DNA from: Octopus sinensis
Lineage: Eukaryota
NCBI RefSeq assembly: GCF_006345805.1
Contig: NC_043021.1
Location: forward strand, 17,670,001 to 17,734,000
DNA: 64,000 bases
Direction of reading: 5' to 3'
This document shows positions 49,631 through 62,849 of this stretch, piece by piece. The notes below the pieces were generated by a model, which saw only the letters and a list, made by a program, of their open reading frames with translations, made no database searches and had not been told where the DNA came from. The position numbers and the translations under genes were made by a program. The number at the start of each line of letters is the position of its first letter. Positions within the stretch are counted from its first letter, which is position 1.

Positions 49631-50699
49631 TATTATTATTAGTTTCAAATTTTGGTACAAGGCTAGCAAATTAAGGGCAAGAGGAAGTTGATTGCATCAG
49701 CCGTGGTGATTAACTGGTACTGCTTTTGTCAACCCCAAAAAGATGGAAGGCAAAGTCAACCAATGTAAATGGCTGCATGTGAGATGGGGGGCACACATAC
49801 TGGATGAGTCCCTAAATGGTAAAAGCAACAACATTTATTTATAAAATATTCTTCAAGGTGACCAGTGTCGTTAATGAAAGGAGGCAGGGAGAATAGGAAG
49901 CTTTACACTAGAGAGACAGATATTAACAAAATGGTATCACAATAAACGGGAGAGAAAATAATTAAAAAAATGTCTCTAGGTTTAACAGGGGAGGAAAAAA
50001 TAAGCGAAGTAATTACATTAAGGAAATGCTTGCTAATGACTTCATTATAGCTGCACTTAACTGTTTCTATGTGTAAGATCAATGCATGTTAAGACCTGCT
50101 TCCTCCACAAAGTATGTGAAATTGTATCAATCAAGATTATTGGGGAAAAGATAAATATATCTTGGTTTTACAACTTTTAAAATTGTTCTCAACCTAATGA
50201 AACACAAACAATGGAGAGGAGTCGTGTCCTTATAATCAATATTGGTATAATATTAATTCAACCCACCAGTCATGAATTCTTAATTTGGTTCATCTTTAAC
50301 CTATTTGCTTTCATATTTCTACTGAAATACATTGCTTTTGTTCCAATTAATTTTCAAAATATCAAAGAATTTAGCAAAATAATGTCATAATTAAGCTGGT
50401 ATTTGGAGCATTTCACATGAAATTTTGATGGAAGAGTTTTAATTTCGACCAGTTTAAAACAAGTAAGTTTGTATCATAGAACTTTAAGCTAGACTCAGTG
50501 GGTTGATCTCAAAATGGTTAAATTATCTCACCTCCCCAGCTTCATTTATACATACTTGGAATGGTCAAATACTTTTTCTTTTATTTCTCCCCCACTTACG
50601 TTAATTGTTTTTACAGCTGAATGCCCTTCTCAATGCTAATCACTCAACTGTGAAGTGGAACCTATTTTTTGTTAGACAAACTGCAAAATATAAAGTTAT

Positions 50700-50950
50700 G
50701 TGCCGCACAAGGAACAGCACAGATTGGAACTTAGTTGTCAATTGTGGTCAGCACTCTGCTTAGTTTCATTAATGCCAGACATGGAAATGGCTTGCTCTTC
50801 AATGCCACTCAACAAGTGATCTCTCATTCTTGAGAACTTCACTAAAAGCGACATCGTTGTCATAGACACCAACCATGAATGCCATGAGGAACTACTAAGT
50901 AAACTACTTGCCCTGTCAGCTCCATCGATCACTCGTACTGTTGCATGTAA
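50700..50950 (-). mobile_element. Decayed non-LTR (RTE-like) endonuclease N-terminal fragment
   Basis: ORF 50738..50932 contains TTMSLL..RMRDHLL..IEEQAISMSGINETK, resembling the APE motif NVxSL...IDIxGxxETK. Confidence 0.45.
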
Positions 50951-51366
50951 ACTTTCATGTCAGACTGTTCTCACCAACACATACGCTACACCACCGCTGT
51001 AGTATATCACAAAGATCAGTTGAGTCTTATACACACTTCCTCCTACACATTACTGACAAACTTGATACTTCGAACTATATACACGCACCTACACAAATGA
51101 TGTATCCAACTCCCCCACTCACTGTCAGAACTTACTATATACAGCATTACCTAAACAACTTACTTTTGTGAACAGGGTCCCTCAAATGAGGACATAACCC
51201 ATAGCTTCCTGCAACAGCATCAAGGCACAATCACTGCATAATCAACAGGTAGTATATCATTACACCTATCATAGACAGGAACATCAAATATGCCTAAATA
51301 CCACATACTTGAAGCAAATGCTAAGCATCACAATTTCAGCTTCTTTCCCATGGCAACCTCATGTGA

Positions 51367-51403
<37 letters not shown>

Positions 51404-51404
51404 G

Positions 51405-51730
51405 TGAAGGCATATGGCTTAGTGGTTAGGGAATTCAGATCATGATCGTAAGGTTGTGAGTTTAATACTTAGCAATGCACTGTGTCCTTGAACAAGACAC
51501 TTTATTCCATGTTACTCCAGTCCACTCATCTGGCAAAAGTGAGTTGTATGTGTCATTCAAAGGGCCAGCCTTGTCACATTCTCTGCTACATTGAATCCTC
51601 CAGAGCACTACATTAAGGGTGCATGTGTGTGTGTGTGTGTGTGTAGCAAGCACTTGCATGTTTATTTCATGAGCAGGCTGTTGCATTGATCAGATCAACA
51701 AGGACCCTCATCGTCATAACCACACAGTGC
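51405..51730 (+). mobile_element. tRNA-headed SINE (family A head and centre, third tail type)
   Basis: TGAAGGCATATGGCTTAGTGGTTAGGG head; GTGTCCTTGAACAAGACACTT. Confidence 0.7.
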
Positions 51731-51922
51731 CAGTGTGTGTGTGTGTGTGAAACAATGCCTTGCCTTCCTCTTCGGGGTAGAGGAAATACTTATGATTTTC
51801 ACTAATTACTGGCTTTCTGCAAAGCATAATCCACAGAGTAAAGTACTGCTCAAATATCTGGGACAGTTCTACTGATATATACAAACATCCTCGCCAGCAC
51901 TAAAAAAGTAAAAGCTATACCT

Positions 51923-52158
51923 ATTTCTTTATTACCCACAAGGGGCTAAACATAGAGGGGACAAACAAGGACAGACATAGGTATTAAGTCGATTACATCG
52001 ACCCCAGTGCGTAACTGGTACTTAATTTATCGACCCCGAAAGGATGAAAGGTAAAGTCGACCTCGGCAGAATTTGAACTCACAACGTAACGGCAGACGAA
52101 ATACTGCTTAGCATTTCGCCCGACGTGCTATCGTTTCTGCTAGCTCTGCTAGCTCGCC
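51923..52158 (-). mobile_element. Young SINE family B
   Basis: 22-bp TSD TAAAAAAGTAAAAGCTATACCT (51901-51922, 52159-52180); 9-bp duplication TCTGCTAGC in the head. Confidence 0.92.
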
Positions 52159-52607
52159 TAAAAAAGTAAAAGCTATACCTTCATTCAATAACATCTGGCA
52201 ACCACTGACTGCAAAACTCGTTTCTTTTCTCTTCCTACATCAGCTTCTGCTCCAGTGTAACACATCCACCCAAACTCAAACGATCATCTACTTCTCGTTT
52301 TGCCCTTCCTGCCATGTGTACCCCTCACTCAGATTCTGTACAATCCTTCCACCCCTGAGCCAAACATCAACTTCATCAATATCTCTTTAATACAACCAGC
52401 AATGTGTTCTTTCAAATAGAGTCCCAGTAAAATGTTTATCCTAAACAAAGCGATGGTTGCAAGTGGCTCTTTATATCCAGAAGCATTGTTTAACTAAATA
52501 ACCCAGCTCCTTTCATTAAACTGGTGATGGTGTTAAACGACATTAATCACCCCAACCAGTCAGGTTGGGGAGTCATGTGACAGAGTCAACATATCAAATC
52601 ATTTGAA

Positions 52608-52820
52608 GCTCCGATCATGGCCGTTGCCAGCCTCGCCTGGCACGTAAAAATCACCCACTACACTCACGGAGTGGTTGGCGTTACGAAGGGCATCCAGCTG
52701 TAGAAACACTGCCAGATCAGACTGGAGCCTGGTGCAGCCTTCTGGCTTCCCAGATCCCCGGTCGAACCATCCAACCCATGCTAGCATGGAGAACAGACGT
52801 TAAACAACGACGACGACGAG
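52608..52820 (+). mobile_element. Family D retroposon with a partial monomer and (GAC)n tail
   Basis: CCGATCATGGCCGTTGCCAGCCTCGCCTGGCACGTAAAAATCACCCACTAC, then the same body as 20859. Confidence 0.85.
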
Positions 52821-53342
52821 GATAATGTTATATATTTCCTTGTTCTGCTATTACATTCACACCAACAACTGACGCTGAACACTGGTGAATCCTAGTATAT
52901 TGGTGTGGGCCTACATAGGCTATGCTCTGGCTCCTATGGTTTTCTCTCTTCAAACATCTATCATCAGTGACGTTTTCAGTGGTTGATTCTTTCAAAACCT
53001 ACTCGTGTTCAAACTTTCAACAAGGATCTATATTTTAAGAATCTGCTCTAATTCCACGAGACACAAGCTCAATATCAGATACGGGATGCAGATGTGACCC
53101 ACAGTTTCCCGTTTCAAACTTCCTGTCTCAACAGCTTCCTTACTCACACTAACAAACAATCAAAAACTATTTATATCAGCCTCTTTCAATCATATTTATT
53201 ACTAACCCCAATACCTAAAACTGCTTTACACTTCACCTTTTGATGCAACAAAAGAAATGGCAATATTTAAAATACACACAAACCAATAAATTGGAGGTAA
53301 TCCTGACCAGAAGAGGAAGAAGAACGAGTGTCTTTTGCGTAC

Positions 53343-53503
53343 CTTACTAGAATCGGTGACTGCTATACTGTTGTCCACTTCAGCTATGACACAACTGTCA
53401 GGAATCGTTGTCTCAGGTGCTATGTCTGTAATGGTGCCAGGAGAAGATACAGGGTTCTCCAGGGATGGAGGAGTGGGGTACATTCTTGATAACTCTGATG
53501 GGG
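53343..53503 (-). CDS. MED13: MED13 exon (APSELSRMYPTPPSLE...DSSK), 161 nt
   Basis: TCTTTGCAG acceptor, AAG|GTACGC in-frame donor; conserved MYPTPPSLE. Confidence 0.9.
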
Positions 53504-54286
53504 CTGCAAAGAGAGAAAATATTGGATTTAGATTTCAGCACAAAGCTAGCAAGTTCAGGGTAAAGGGTTAAGTTGAATACATCGACTCAAGTGCTCAACT
53601 GACATTTTATCGACTCCCTGAAAGGGTGAAAGGCAAAGTTGACCGTGGCAGAATTTGATCTCAGAACATAATGACAGGCGAATGGCTTTACAAGTTCACT
53701 GCCTTTAAAGAGAGAAAATATTAATGCAAATATATTTTACTACAATTTCAATTTCCCAAGATGCTAACAACTGACAAGGCAGGCAGAGCTCAGGAGACTG
53801 AAGGAAAACCGAGAGAACCATTTAATTTGCACTAAATTTTCAGTGGAACTAAATTTGTACTAAATTTTCTGTGTAGAATTTACTAGAAAAGCCATCATAC
53901 TAACAACATAGAAAAAGATAAAATAAACAAACACACTTTCCAATACAATCCTAATTTCTTACTTTGGCACACTGCCAAATCAATTTACAGGGGAAGAGAT
54001 AGAATCAGTTCAATTGATTCCAGTATATGACTATTGGCATTTAGAGTGAAAGTCAACAGTGGCTGGATTTGTACTTGGAAGAATATAATGGAATCTACCA
54101 TTTTATTTAAGGTGCTCTTCTGTCTATAATCATGGCAACTGTTTTTGTGATACTTTCATTTTAGTAACATAAATACAAGAGAGAGAGAGAGAGAGAGACT
54201 AAAAGGTAGGTATAAACAGGTGTAGTAAAAGGACCAGCAAAATGTACAGCAAGTACAATATTTCAGGTGGGCAAATAAAGTGACTT

Positions 54287-54451
54287 TAACCCTTTAGCAT
54301 TCGTGTTTTTTCCGTCAAAAGTAATTCTTATTTGTTCGCATTGTTTTCAATTAATCATGCATTATCTTGTAGCTATGTGATTTTGATGAGGGTTGAACAG
54401 AAAACAGAATGTTTTGGCTGGATGGACCCAGTTTAAATGCTGAAGGATTAA
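54287..54451. mobile_element. piggyBac-type MITE, internally deleted
   Basis: TTAACCCTTTAGCATT ... AATGCTGAAGGATTAA. Confidence 0.65.
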
Positions 54452-54595
54452 AGATTAAGAGGAAAGAATAGATAAAATCAGATCTGTCACCCTACATACA
54501 ATCTGGTGTCAATTGCAGAGGCTACATACATGCACACAGAAAATATACACAATGACATGACTGATCTAAAATATAAGATGTTAATAAAAACATAC

Positions 54596-54680
54596 CTATG
54601 GTACCGTTGGGGATTATATTCGACCCCTTACTGCCTTTAAGGCTGTCATCAGTAGATTTTAGGTTGCTGGCTGAAGGATC
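54596..54680 (-). CDS. MED13: MED13 exon (DPSASNLKSTDDSLKGSKGSNIIPNGTI), 85 nt
   Basis: GTTTCAG|GAT acceptor, TAG|GTATGT donor; phase 0 to phase 1 fits both neighbours. Confidence 0.8.
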
Positions 54681-55873
54681 CTGAAACTCAAAATAAAACA
54701 AGACTTATTTAGAGGTAAATGGAGAGGGAGGGGGAGACTGAAACAAACATAAAATTATTGAATAAGGTGAAGGATCATTTCATCACTTCACTTTAATGGC
54801 CCTTTTTGCAAGGGTCAGATGGAATTTGGTGACAAAGATTTTCTGCTGCTGGATGCTCTTCCTGTTGCCAATCCACAACGGTTTCTAAGCAAGGTAATAT
54901 TTCCTCAGACCAGACAGACATGTTTTCATGAATGGTGAAGGGTACAAACATGTTATAGTGGACAACATTGCCTTACAATAGGTATAAATGTATAAGGAAG
55001 GTGGCAGCCAAATAGATACAGACATTCTAGTTCATAGCTGATACAGCCACAGAAAGTTCTAACTCCAGTTGAATAAATGCTAACGGTTAGTGCAGCATTA
55101 AAGCCACTGACTCCTCGAATGAGATAATTTATCAATACTAACATACAATATATCATGCCATGTCAGATAACATGAAGGAGTTGAACGAACAAAGGTGCCT
55201 TTATGTGGACACACAGAAAGCAGAAATAGCAGCCAACTCTCAGATATAGCATCCACACTCTGTAAAGTGGTTGGTGTAAGGAAGGGCATCCAGCTGTAGC
55301 AACCATGCCACAACAGACAATTGTAGTCCGGTGCAGCTCTCCAGCTCCTGTCAAACTGTCCAAGCCATGCAGCATAAAATGGACTTTAAATGACGATGAT
55401 GATAGTGATGATCTTCCTTTGGGTGGGTGAGTGTGTGTGTGTGTGTGTGTGTGTGTCAATATCTCCTTGCTGTAACATCATGTCACAGGCATAAACAAGT
55501 GTCATTGTTATACAGCCAGGGTTTGCCTCCAATCTTCCAGACAAACATGTCCAACCATAAAAAAAATATATTAAAATGGACACTGGTGAGTGTTGGCAGT
55601 AATTGGCTGGAAAAATCTGCTTCAACAAATTCTGTCGTGTCCATACCAGCATGGACAAGTGGACAGTAAAGCAGGAACAAAGCCAAATAAAGATAACTGA
55701 AGAATTACTGGAACATAGAGCTTACCAAAATGTGACAATGTAAACCACAAAAAAAAACACTTGTTAACTGAGAAGGGGTGGGTACTTGATTATTTCTAAA
55801 ATAGGAAATGGTTTTCTAGTTCAGGTAAAAACATATTTCAAAGAAAATCTTGATAAGTCTGGCTGTAACTCAC

Positions 55874-56013
55874 TACTTCATCTCCACTTTCTTCACTTTC
55901 AAAAATATGGTCCAGGTCCATGGGGGTCGGAAAGAGATCCTTCTCTGTGGTGAGGCTATTGGAAACTGGCAAGGAACAAGAAGATGTAGGCGGAGAACCA
56001 ACGGCTGTTATAC
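55874..56013 (-). CDS. MED13: MED13 exon (SITAVGSPP...DLDHIFESEESGDEV), 140 nt
   Basis: CCTTTCAG|GT acceptor, GTA|GTGAGT donor; DLDHIFES resembles the MED13 DLDNLFNS motif; not in the ORF track (<60 aa). Confidence 0.85.
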
Positions 56014-56964
56014 CTGAAAGGTAAAAGGATAGGGTGATAGGGTCTTAGAGGAACATAACACAGCAACAAAATTACTTCTTGACTCATGTAAAAATATTTC
56101 CATCCCAGTGTGTGCAGTTTACTGCCCTGCTAAGGGTAGAATCATCAAAAAATGTATTCCATCCATTGAAAGATAAATATCATGTATTATACACAGTATT
56201 TAAATCTGCTAAATTATCGTATTTCCATACCAACTATTAGTATAATATAAGCTACTGATAGTTTCCATGGAACTATTAGTAGCTTATAATTAAACAGAGA
56301 GAGTGATTGTGTGTGTGCGCGCGCACGCATACTACTCTAATCTATGCCAATATGTAAAAGTATGCACATGACGATGACACAAGAGAGGATTTAATAACAT
56401 GAATCTGAATAATTACTTAACAGTTTTTATAGAGTTATAGAGTACATGTTTATTGAACTTTTTAAAGAAGAGTGATAGTGGTTCCAAAGTTTCTGCTCCA
56501 TAAATCTGTGCAATAAAAGCCAGCAGGCTGAAACTTTGAAGCCACTGTCGGACCTCTTCTTGTAAAAATTCAATTGATGCACCTGTGTGTATGTGTGTAT
56601 GTGGGGGGGGGTGTAAAATTCTTGTGGAAGATTACATGTACTAAGTATTGAGTAATCAATCCTTCAGTCTCATGTCAAACTGTTTGTATAACTTGACATC
56701 AAATCAAACACACACACACACACACAAATTATATATGCACCTGAATATACTTGTATATACATATGTATATGAGTATGTATATATATATACAAACACACAC
56801 ACATTCATGTGTGAACTGCATGTATTGGTCATATCAATATGACCTCCATATACATGAAATAACTTCAATACACTGTAAATTATGTAGTGTGCATGCGTGT
56901 GTGTGCATTCATATACATATGTGCATGTGTGTGTGTACACAGAATGGATGGGTTAATGGATAGC

Positions 56965-56996
<32 letters not shown>

Positions 56997-57661
56997 TAGG
57001 AGGGAGGATATTTATGATTCGGTCAATGACCAGCAAATTAGTTTCAATAGACAGTATCTATAACGAACAATCAGGTTTACATTAATCAACAGTTCCTATT
57101 AAGACCAATCAATAGTACTTTATGCAACAATAATAACTGGATGATTATTATTATTATTAGTAGTAGTAGTAGTAGTAGTATTACTACTACTACTACTACT
57201 ACTACTACTAAGAAAGAATGTCTCAGAATAGGAGAGGAACAGACACAGAGAAGATTGGTAAAGATATTCACTGTATCAAGTGATACAATCTGTATTTCAT
57301 AACACACACACAGACACCCTCTCTAAGGGAGTTAATTCATTCGTTTTCTTGCTTGATCTTGTAACATCAAATGTGGTGGTGACGACGGGGGGTGGGGTAC
57401 ATTAATTCTAACAGTAAAATCACAACTGTCTTTACGATGTCAAACAAAAACCAATAATATATCCTAAATCTATTATTACTTCCCTTTACGGACAAGCATC
57501 AACAGCAAATGCACTTCGCACAGACTGGAAGTGTAAGAAATACGACTACTGTTTGTTTATAGGGCAGTGTTAAATCAGTCTGACAGGCTGACAAGAGAGA
57601 AGAATAAACATCAACAGAAACAGTCGGTGGTGTTGTTAGAAATAGAAATAAATCAACTTAC

Positions 57662-57698
57662 TGTTGCCGTTGTGCCGTGATGAATCCTTTTCTTCTTC
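57662..57698 (-). CDS. MED13: MED13 37-nt microexon (EEEKDSSRHNGN)
   Basis: TTTTCTATTTTAG|GAA acceptor, ACA|GTAAGT donor; bridges phase 0 of the upstream exon to phase 1 of the next exon. Confidence 0.75.
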
Positions 57699-57919
57699 CT
57701 AAAATAGAAAATATGAGGCCATCACGATTCATTATAAAGATTTCTGGTTAGCATCGACCGTCGACATGGCAATGATTATTAAGCACAAGAAAACATGTCA
57801 TTTCAGCACTGGAGCAATGAAAAGCATTTGCCCATATATAATACTAATATTAGTACAATAATAACAATAATAATAACAATAACAATTATAATAATAATAA
57901 TAACAATAATAATAATAAT

Positions 57920-58783
57920 AATTTCAAATTTTGGCACATGGCCAGCAATTTTAAGGAGGGTGTAAGTTGATTACATTGATCCCCAATGATCAACTGGTAT
58001 TTATTTTTATCAACTTCACACAAAAGAATCAAAGGCAAAGTCAAAGACAGCCGAATTAGAACTCAGAACATAAAGGTGGGGGAAATGCCACTAAGCATTT
58101 TGCCCAACGGGCTTAACAATTCTGCCAGCTCACCACTTTTGACAGAAATAATTTTTATTCTAATTATTTCTGATTTTGGCACACAGTCAATGATTTTAAG
58201 GGGAAGTGGGTTATTTGATACCATCATCTCCAGTACTTGACTGCTACCTTATTCTATAGACCCAAGAGTGCTGAAAGGCAAAATTGACCATAGCAGAATT
58301 TGAACTCCAGATGTACTAAGCCAGAAGAAATACTGGAAAGCATTTTCCCCAACATTTACAATTCTGCCAGCTAGTCATGATGATGATGATGATGATCCTT
58401 TCTACTATAGGCACAAGTGCTTGACTGGTACATAATTTATTGATCCTGAAAGGATGAAAGGCAAAGTCGACTTTGGCAGGATTTGAACTCAGAATGTAGC
58501 AAGACAAAATACCGCTATGCATTTCACCCTGGCATGCTAACGATTCTGCCAGATCACCACCTCAATAATAATAATAATCCTTTCTACTGTAGGCACAAGG
58601 CCTGAAATTTGGAGGAATAGATTAAGTCAATTACACCGACCCCAGTGCATAACTGATACTTATTTAATCAATCCTGAAAGGATGAGAGGTAAAGTCGACC
58701 TCAGCAGAATTTGAACTCAAAATGTAGCGACAGACGTTAAGCATTTCACCCAGCATGCTAACGATTCTGCCAGCTCGTCACCA

Positions 58784-58785
<2 letters not shown>
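57920..58785 (-). mobile_element. Stack of four head-to-tail family B-type SINEs with (AAT)n/(GAT)n tracts between or around them
   Basis: AAAGGCAAAGTC / GAATTTGAACTC blocks recur near 58030, 58275, 58460, 58690. Confidence 0.8.
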
Positions 58786-58818
<33 letters not shown>

Positions 58819-59920
58819 ATGATGATAATGATAATTTACAAAGTTGAGAATTTATGAGGAGAGAAATTGAAAGTCTGAGTGGACCACAGCATGCTTTCTT
58901 ACATGTGTACAAGACCAGAAATGGAGATGAGGAAATGATTATATCATTCCTACTAATTCACAGGTATTTTATATTTCATTGACTCTCACAAAAAAGCATC
59001 GAAGGCAAAATTAGCCTTGACAGGAATTGAACTTGGACTGAAAAAGGTCACAATTACATGCCTCTTAAGACTTTTCCCAATCCAGCACCCTTTCTCTCTC
59101 TTATTGTGTCAAGGTAACTGGTGAGGGAACTTTAAAACGGAAAGTGTTAAAAAGAGTGTTAATGCCACACGAAAAGTACTGGTGTCATGTAAAAAGCACT
59201 CAGAACCACTCTGTAGAGTGGTTCATATTAGGAAGGGCATCAAGCCACAGAAACCATGCTAATACAATGGAGCCTGGTTAGCGCCTTCCCTCCTCTAGCC
59301 TTACCAGTTATCAAACGATCCAACCCATGCCAGGAACCCACACACACACACATCAAGGATTATCCTGACCAGCAAAAGTGTCATCTTCCTGTTATCATTC
59401 CCTGGATTACATTTGCATGCTGCCAGGTCAATTCACTCAACCCATGCTCACTGGTCAGTTTACTTCCCTCCTCTCTACCTTCATTTTCGTCACCAAATGA
59501 GACTTGTATCAGTTGAAATGGATTTGGTGAAAGAAGAATGTGTGCACTCTCAGTCCTCTCAGATGCATCCACCGCACAGCATCTTTAACCATGGCCAACC
59601 AGAGGAAAACTACTGGCCTTTCCTGGTCACACGAAAAACAGCATACCAATTGTTTATACACTTGGTCAATAACTGATCTTGTCCTACATGCAACTAAGTC
59701 TGTTTAATAAAAACACAAGTCACCAACACTTGGGTAGTAAACAAGTGTGACCTGATCCCAAAACAGTTCTGGGTAAGTGACCTTTTAGTTTTACTTCTGG
59801 GCAAACGTTGTGATACACTGATGTGATCTAGTCTCAGAAAGGGGAGCCAAAAATGGTTGCAAGGCACTATCTGACAACCTATCACCCTTCCTCTGCTGCT
59901 GCAGCAAATTCTTTTACATA

Positions 59921-59967
<47 letters not shown>

Positions 59968-60125
59968 AATAATAATAATATATGCTGCCAGAGTTGACTT
60001 TGCTTTTCAGCCTTTCGGGGTTGATGAAATAAGCACCACTGAAACTGCTGGCCTTGGGGAAAATTTGATGCCAATATAATAATGGCCCTTTTGAGTTGCA
60101 ACTGAATACAATTATTGTTATAAAC

Positions 60126-60368
60126 CAGTGGTTCTTCACTGGCATTCACACAAGATTTTCTTGTTGAAATTTATGAGCAATAAATAACTTATACTTCTAC
60201 AATACAAAAAAATATTCCCCAATTTTTTTTTATTTATACAATTCTTAATATTCAATCCTAAAAATATCAATAGGATATTTTAAAACACTCAATGGTTCTG
60301 AGGGTCCACACAAGTAAAACAGAAATCAGATGGGGGTCTCTAAGTTCAAAATGGTTCGAGAACCACTT
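60126..60368. mobile_element. hAT-type MITE
   Basis: TIR CAGTGGTTCT / AGAACCACTT; TSD TTATAAAC / CTATAAAC (7 of 8). Confidence 0.75.
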
Positions 60369-60741
60369 CTATAAACCATCCATAATGGTTAATACAGCAA
60401 CTTCCAGGAATTTTGAAGTCTATTTTGAGCCTATCATGCTCTGCAGTAGATGCTTGTCCAAACTTATGAGTTGCTTAAGTGACTAGAAGTACAAAACACC
60501 CTAACGAAGAGGATGAGTCTGCAGCAGGGTTAGTCCTCACCTGTCGCTGCTGGTTTTGGTGCACACTCTTTCAGATGACAGAACTGAGGCATCATGAAAT
60601 GAAGTGTCTTGCTCAAGGAGGCAACATGCTACCAGGTCCAAGAATTGAACCTATGACCTTACAATTGTTAGTCCAATACCTTAACTGCCTTCTAAAACCT
60701 GATGGAAAGGAGAAGAATGATATTATTCAGTTGGTGCTTAC

Positions 60742-61006
60742 CTTTAAAGGGGAAGAACGAAACAGATCATCTCGACTTGTTCTAAAATTCCTTGCAGGCA
60801 GTGTTCCAAAAAGTGAAGATGATTCGTCAGTGAACTCATAAGGATCATGAGCTGGTGGTTGAGGGGTGGGAGGCTTCAATGGTTGCTTACTGGAGGATGA
60901 GTTTTGAGAATGTTGTGAAAAATGAGAGTTATGCTGTGGCTGTTGTTGAAAATATTGGCTATCCTGTCGACAATCAAACTTTGTTCGCTTTAATTGGCTG
61001 TCGAAC
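60742..61006 (-). CDS. MED13: MED13 exon (FDSQLKRTKF...HDPYEFTDE...RSSPLK), 265 nt
   Basis: TTTTGTAG|G acceptor, AAG|GTAAGC donor; open frame; DPYEF resembles the DPYAF motif of MED13; ends in phase 0. Confidence 0.8.
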
Positions 61007-61679
61007 CTACAAAATAACAACATTGAAACAATCAGTTCTTCTTCAGTCAAATACACAATTCATTAAGTGAGCTTTTCTCTGAAAATCAAATTATTGGGCC
61101 ATTATTATTTCTAAGAACATCTACAAAGCCTACAGCAACAAGATAATTTCTCATTACTATAAAGCAATTTAGTTTTATTCACAAGAAAAGTTAAAACTAT
61201 TAATGAAAATCAGTGAAATTAATGTAATCAGGGAGAAATTCTATGACCAAGCAAAAATATTCAACAAAACTGAAGCCTTTTGAATCAGCAGTAACATTTC
61301 CACTGAGAGACAGAAAAGGAAGAAATAAAATAAAATAAAATAAAATAAAATACCTCCCCCATCACAATTAAGTAAAAGAGAAAAATTAAACATGAAGAGC
61401 AAAGAACCACTTTCCTTCCCAGTTGCATATATTTAGGTGTGCAATATTAATTAAGAATTTGAAATCAATAAAACTTCAAATATTTCATTTAGAAAACCCC
61501 CTGGAGCAATACAACAGCAGAAGACTAGAGTTACAAATATCTCCGAGAGAAACCCATTATCTCTACTACAGTCTAGTGTTATATCTAAGTATTTACCAAA
61601 CACAGCACATATTTTATTTGCTTTCAATACAACATTATTATTAATTACTATTATTATTATCATTATTGGCAATGGTTTT

Positions 61680-62720
61680 TATCACTGAACAAGGGGTCTT
61701 TGACTTGGGTGTGTCATATTATTACTGACAAATTAATATTGGGAATTCACTTCAGGACTTCTTTTAACTTCAGTTAGGCCTTTACAAGGCAAAAGATAGA
61801 TTTTTCTTTTGTGCTGCTGCACTATAAAGCAGATATTGCCAGTGAAGTGTCGCAACTCTCATAATAAGCAATAACTGCGTGTCTGCATTTGTGTAGAAAA
61901 GGAGGGGCAGGAGGAGTATGTGGAAATGTAGTGATCATAGACCAAGGCTAATGTGGAACGAGAAGGTGTGACATTAATGCGCTTTCATTGGGTTATTGCA
62001 GTTTAGGAGTTGATGGATAGACATGGAAACAAAGGAGGATCCTCAAGATGGATGGATATCTATAAAAAAAAAAAACTGTGAGAGAAGTGCGGGGGGGGGG
62101 GCTTGACCGGAGAAGGAAAAAAAAAAATAAGAGCAAATAGGCTCAGGTGGGTTGATATGGTTCACAAGTTCAGAGGGGAACAGAAAAGAATGTAGTAGTG
62201 GATGAAGAAGGCAAGGAGGAGACACAATCCGACTGGGTCTGGTCTAACAGTGATGTGGAGGAGTGTTGGTTATTAAAGTCATACCCATTCAGATTGACAT
62301 TTTTTACTCGCATGTGCGAGCGAGAGTGCGGTGTGTGTTCGTATGCCACACAGGCACAATCTCAGGTATATAAATAATAATCTAAGAGGTGTTTATGGTT
62401 TTTTTACACCAGCAGCTGTTGAGGGTAATTTGGAAAATGAAACCCAAGCTGCAAATTACAAATTTTAGCAGTGTGAAGAACATATGTTACCGCTGAATAG
62501 AGGCTGGTAAAAGTAGCATAGAAAAGGAAAACTGTTGGCCATGTGTTGTAGTTTGTGAGCAGAGGGTGTGCACTGTTGTGAGATCATTTGCTGTGAATGC
62601 ATAGTGTCTGTGTTGTTGTGATGCATGCTGAGCAATGAGACCGAAGTTGAAGTCCCTAATGAATGATTTCCAGGTATATACGTACATCAAGCATTTGTGG
62701 TCCTAGCATGGCAAGAGGTG
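61680..62720 (-). mobile_element. Possible highly decayed LINE fragment(s)
   Basis: ORF 62487..62690 has RDFNF...THG, resembling the APE motif GDFN...PT; otherwise weak. Confidence 0.3.
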
Positions 62721-62849
62721 AAGGTAAAACCTCTGCCTGAAAAATGAAGCAAAGTGCATAATGCATGTAGGTGTGTTCGTGTGTCTGCACATGCGTGCAC
62801 TTGCACTTTTCTCACGGACGTGCTATTTGGTGCGCCAACTAAAACTATT

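Larger units (their letters stand above)
10418..61006 (-). other. MED13: MED13/MED13L-family gene span (5'-partial; 22 coding exons in window, about 1443 aa)
   Basis: Hand-spliced exons all have GT-AG ends and consistent phases (sum 4333 nt = 1 + 1444 codons incl. stop). They carry MED13 motifs recalled from the vertebrate/insect family: MYPTPPSLE, FKDxNFDSCxICVC..CTCGFSA, AIQKKRT, EPxPIP, LLEPYG, YIVDPF, LTGFGP, YCLSx[49 protein letters not shown]. Confidence 0.95.

Noticed and set aside
53455-53483. Fbw7 phosphodegron at MYPTPPSLE
   Set aside because: The +4 residue is L rather than S/T/E, and the described MED13 degron lies more N-terminal, outside this window
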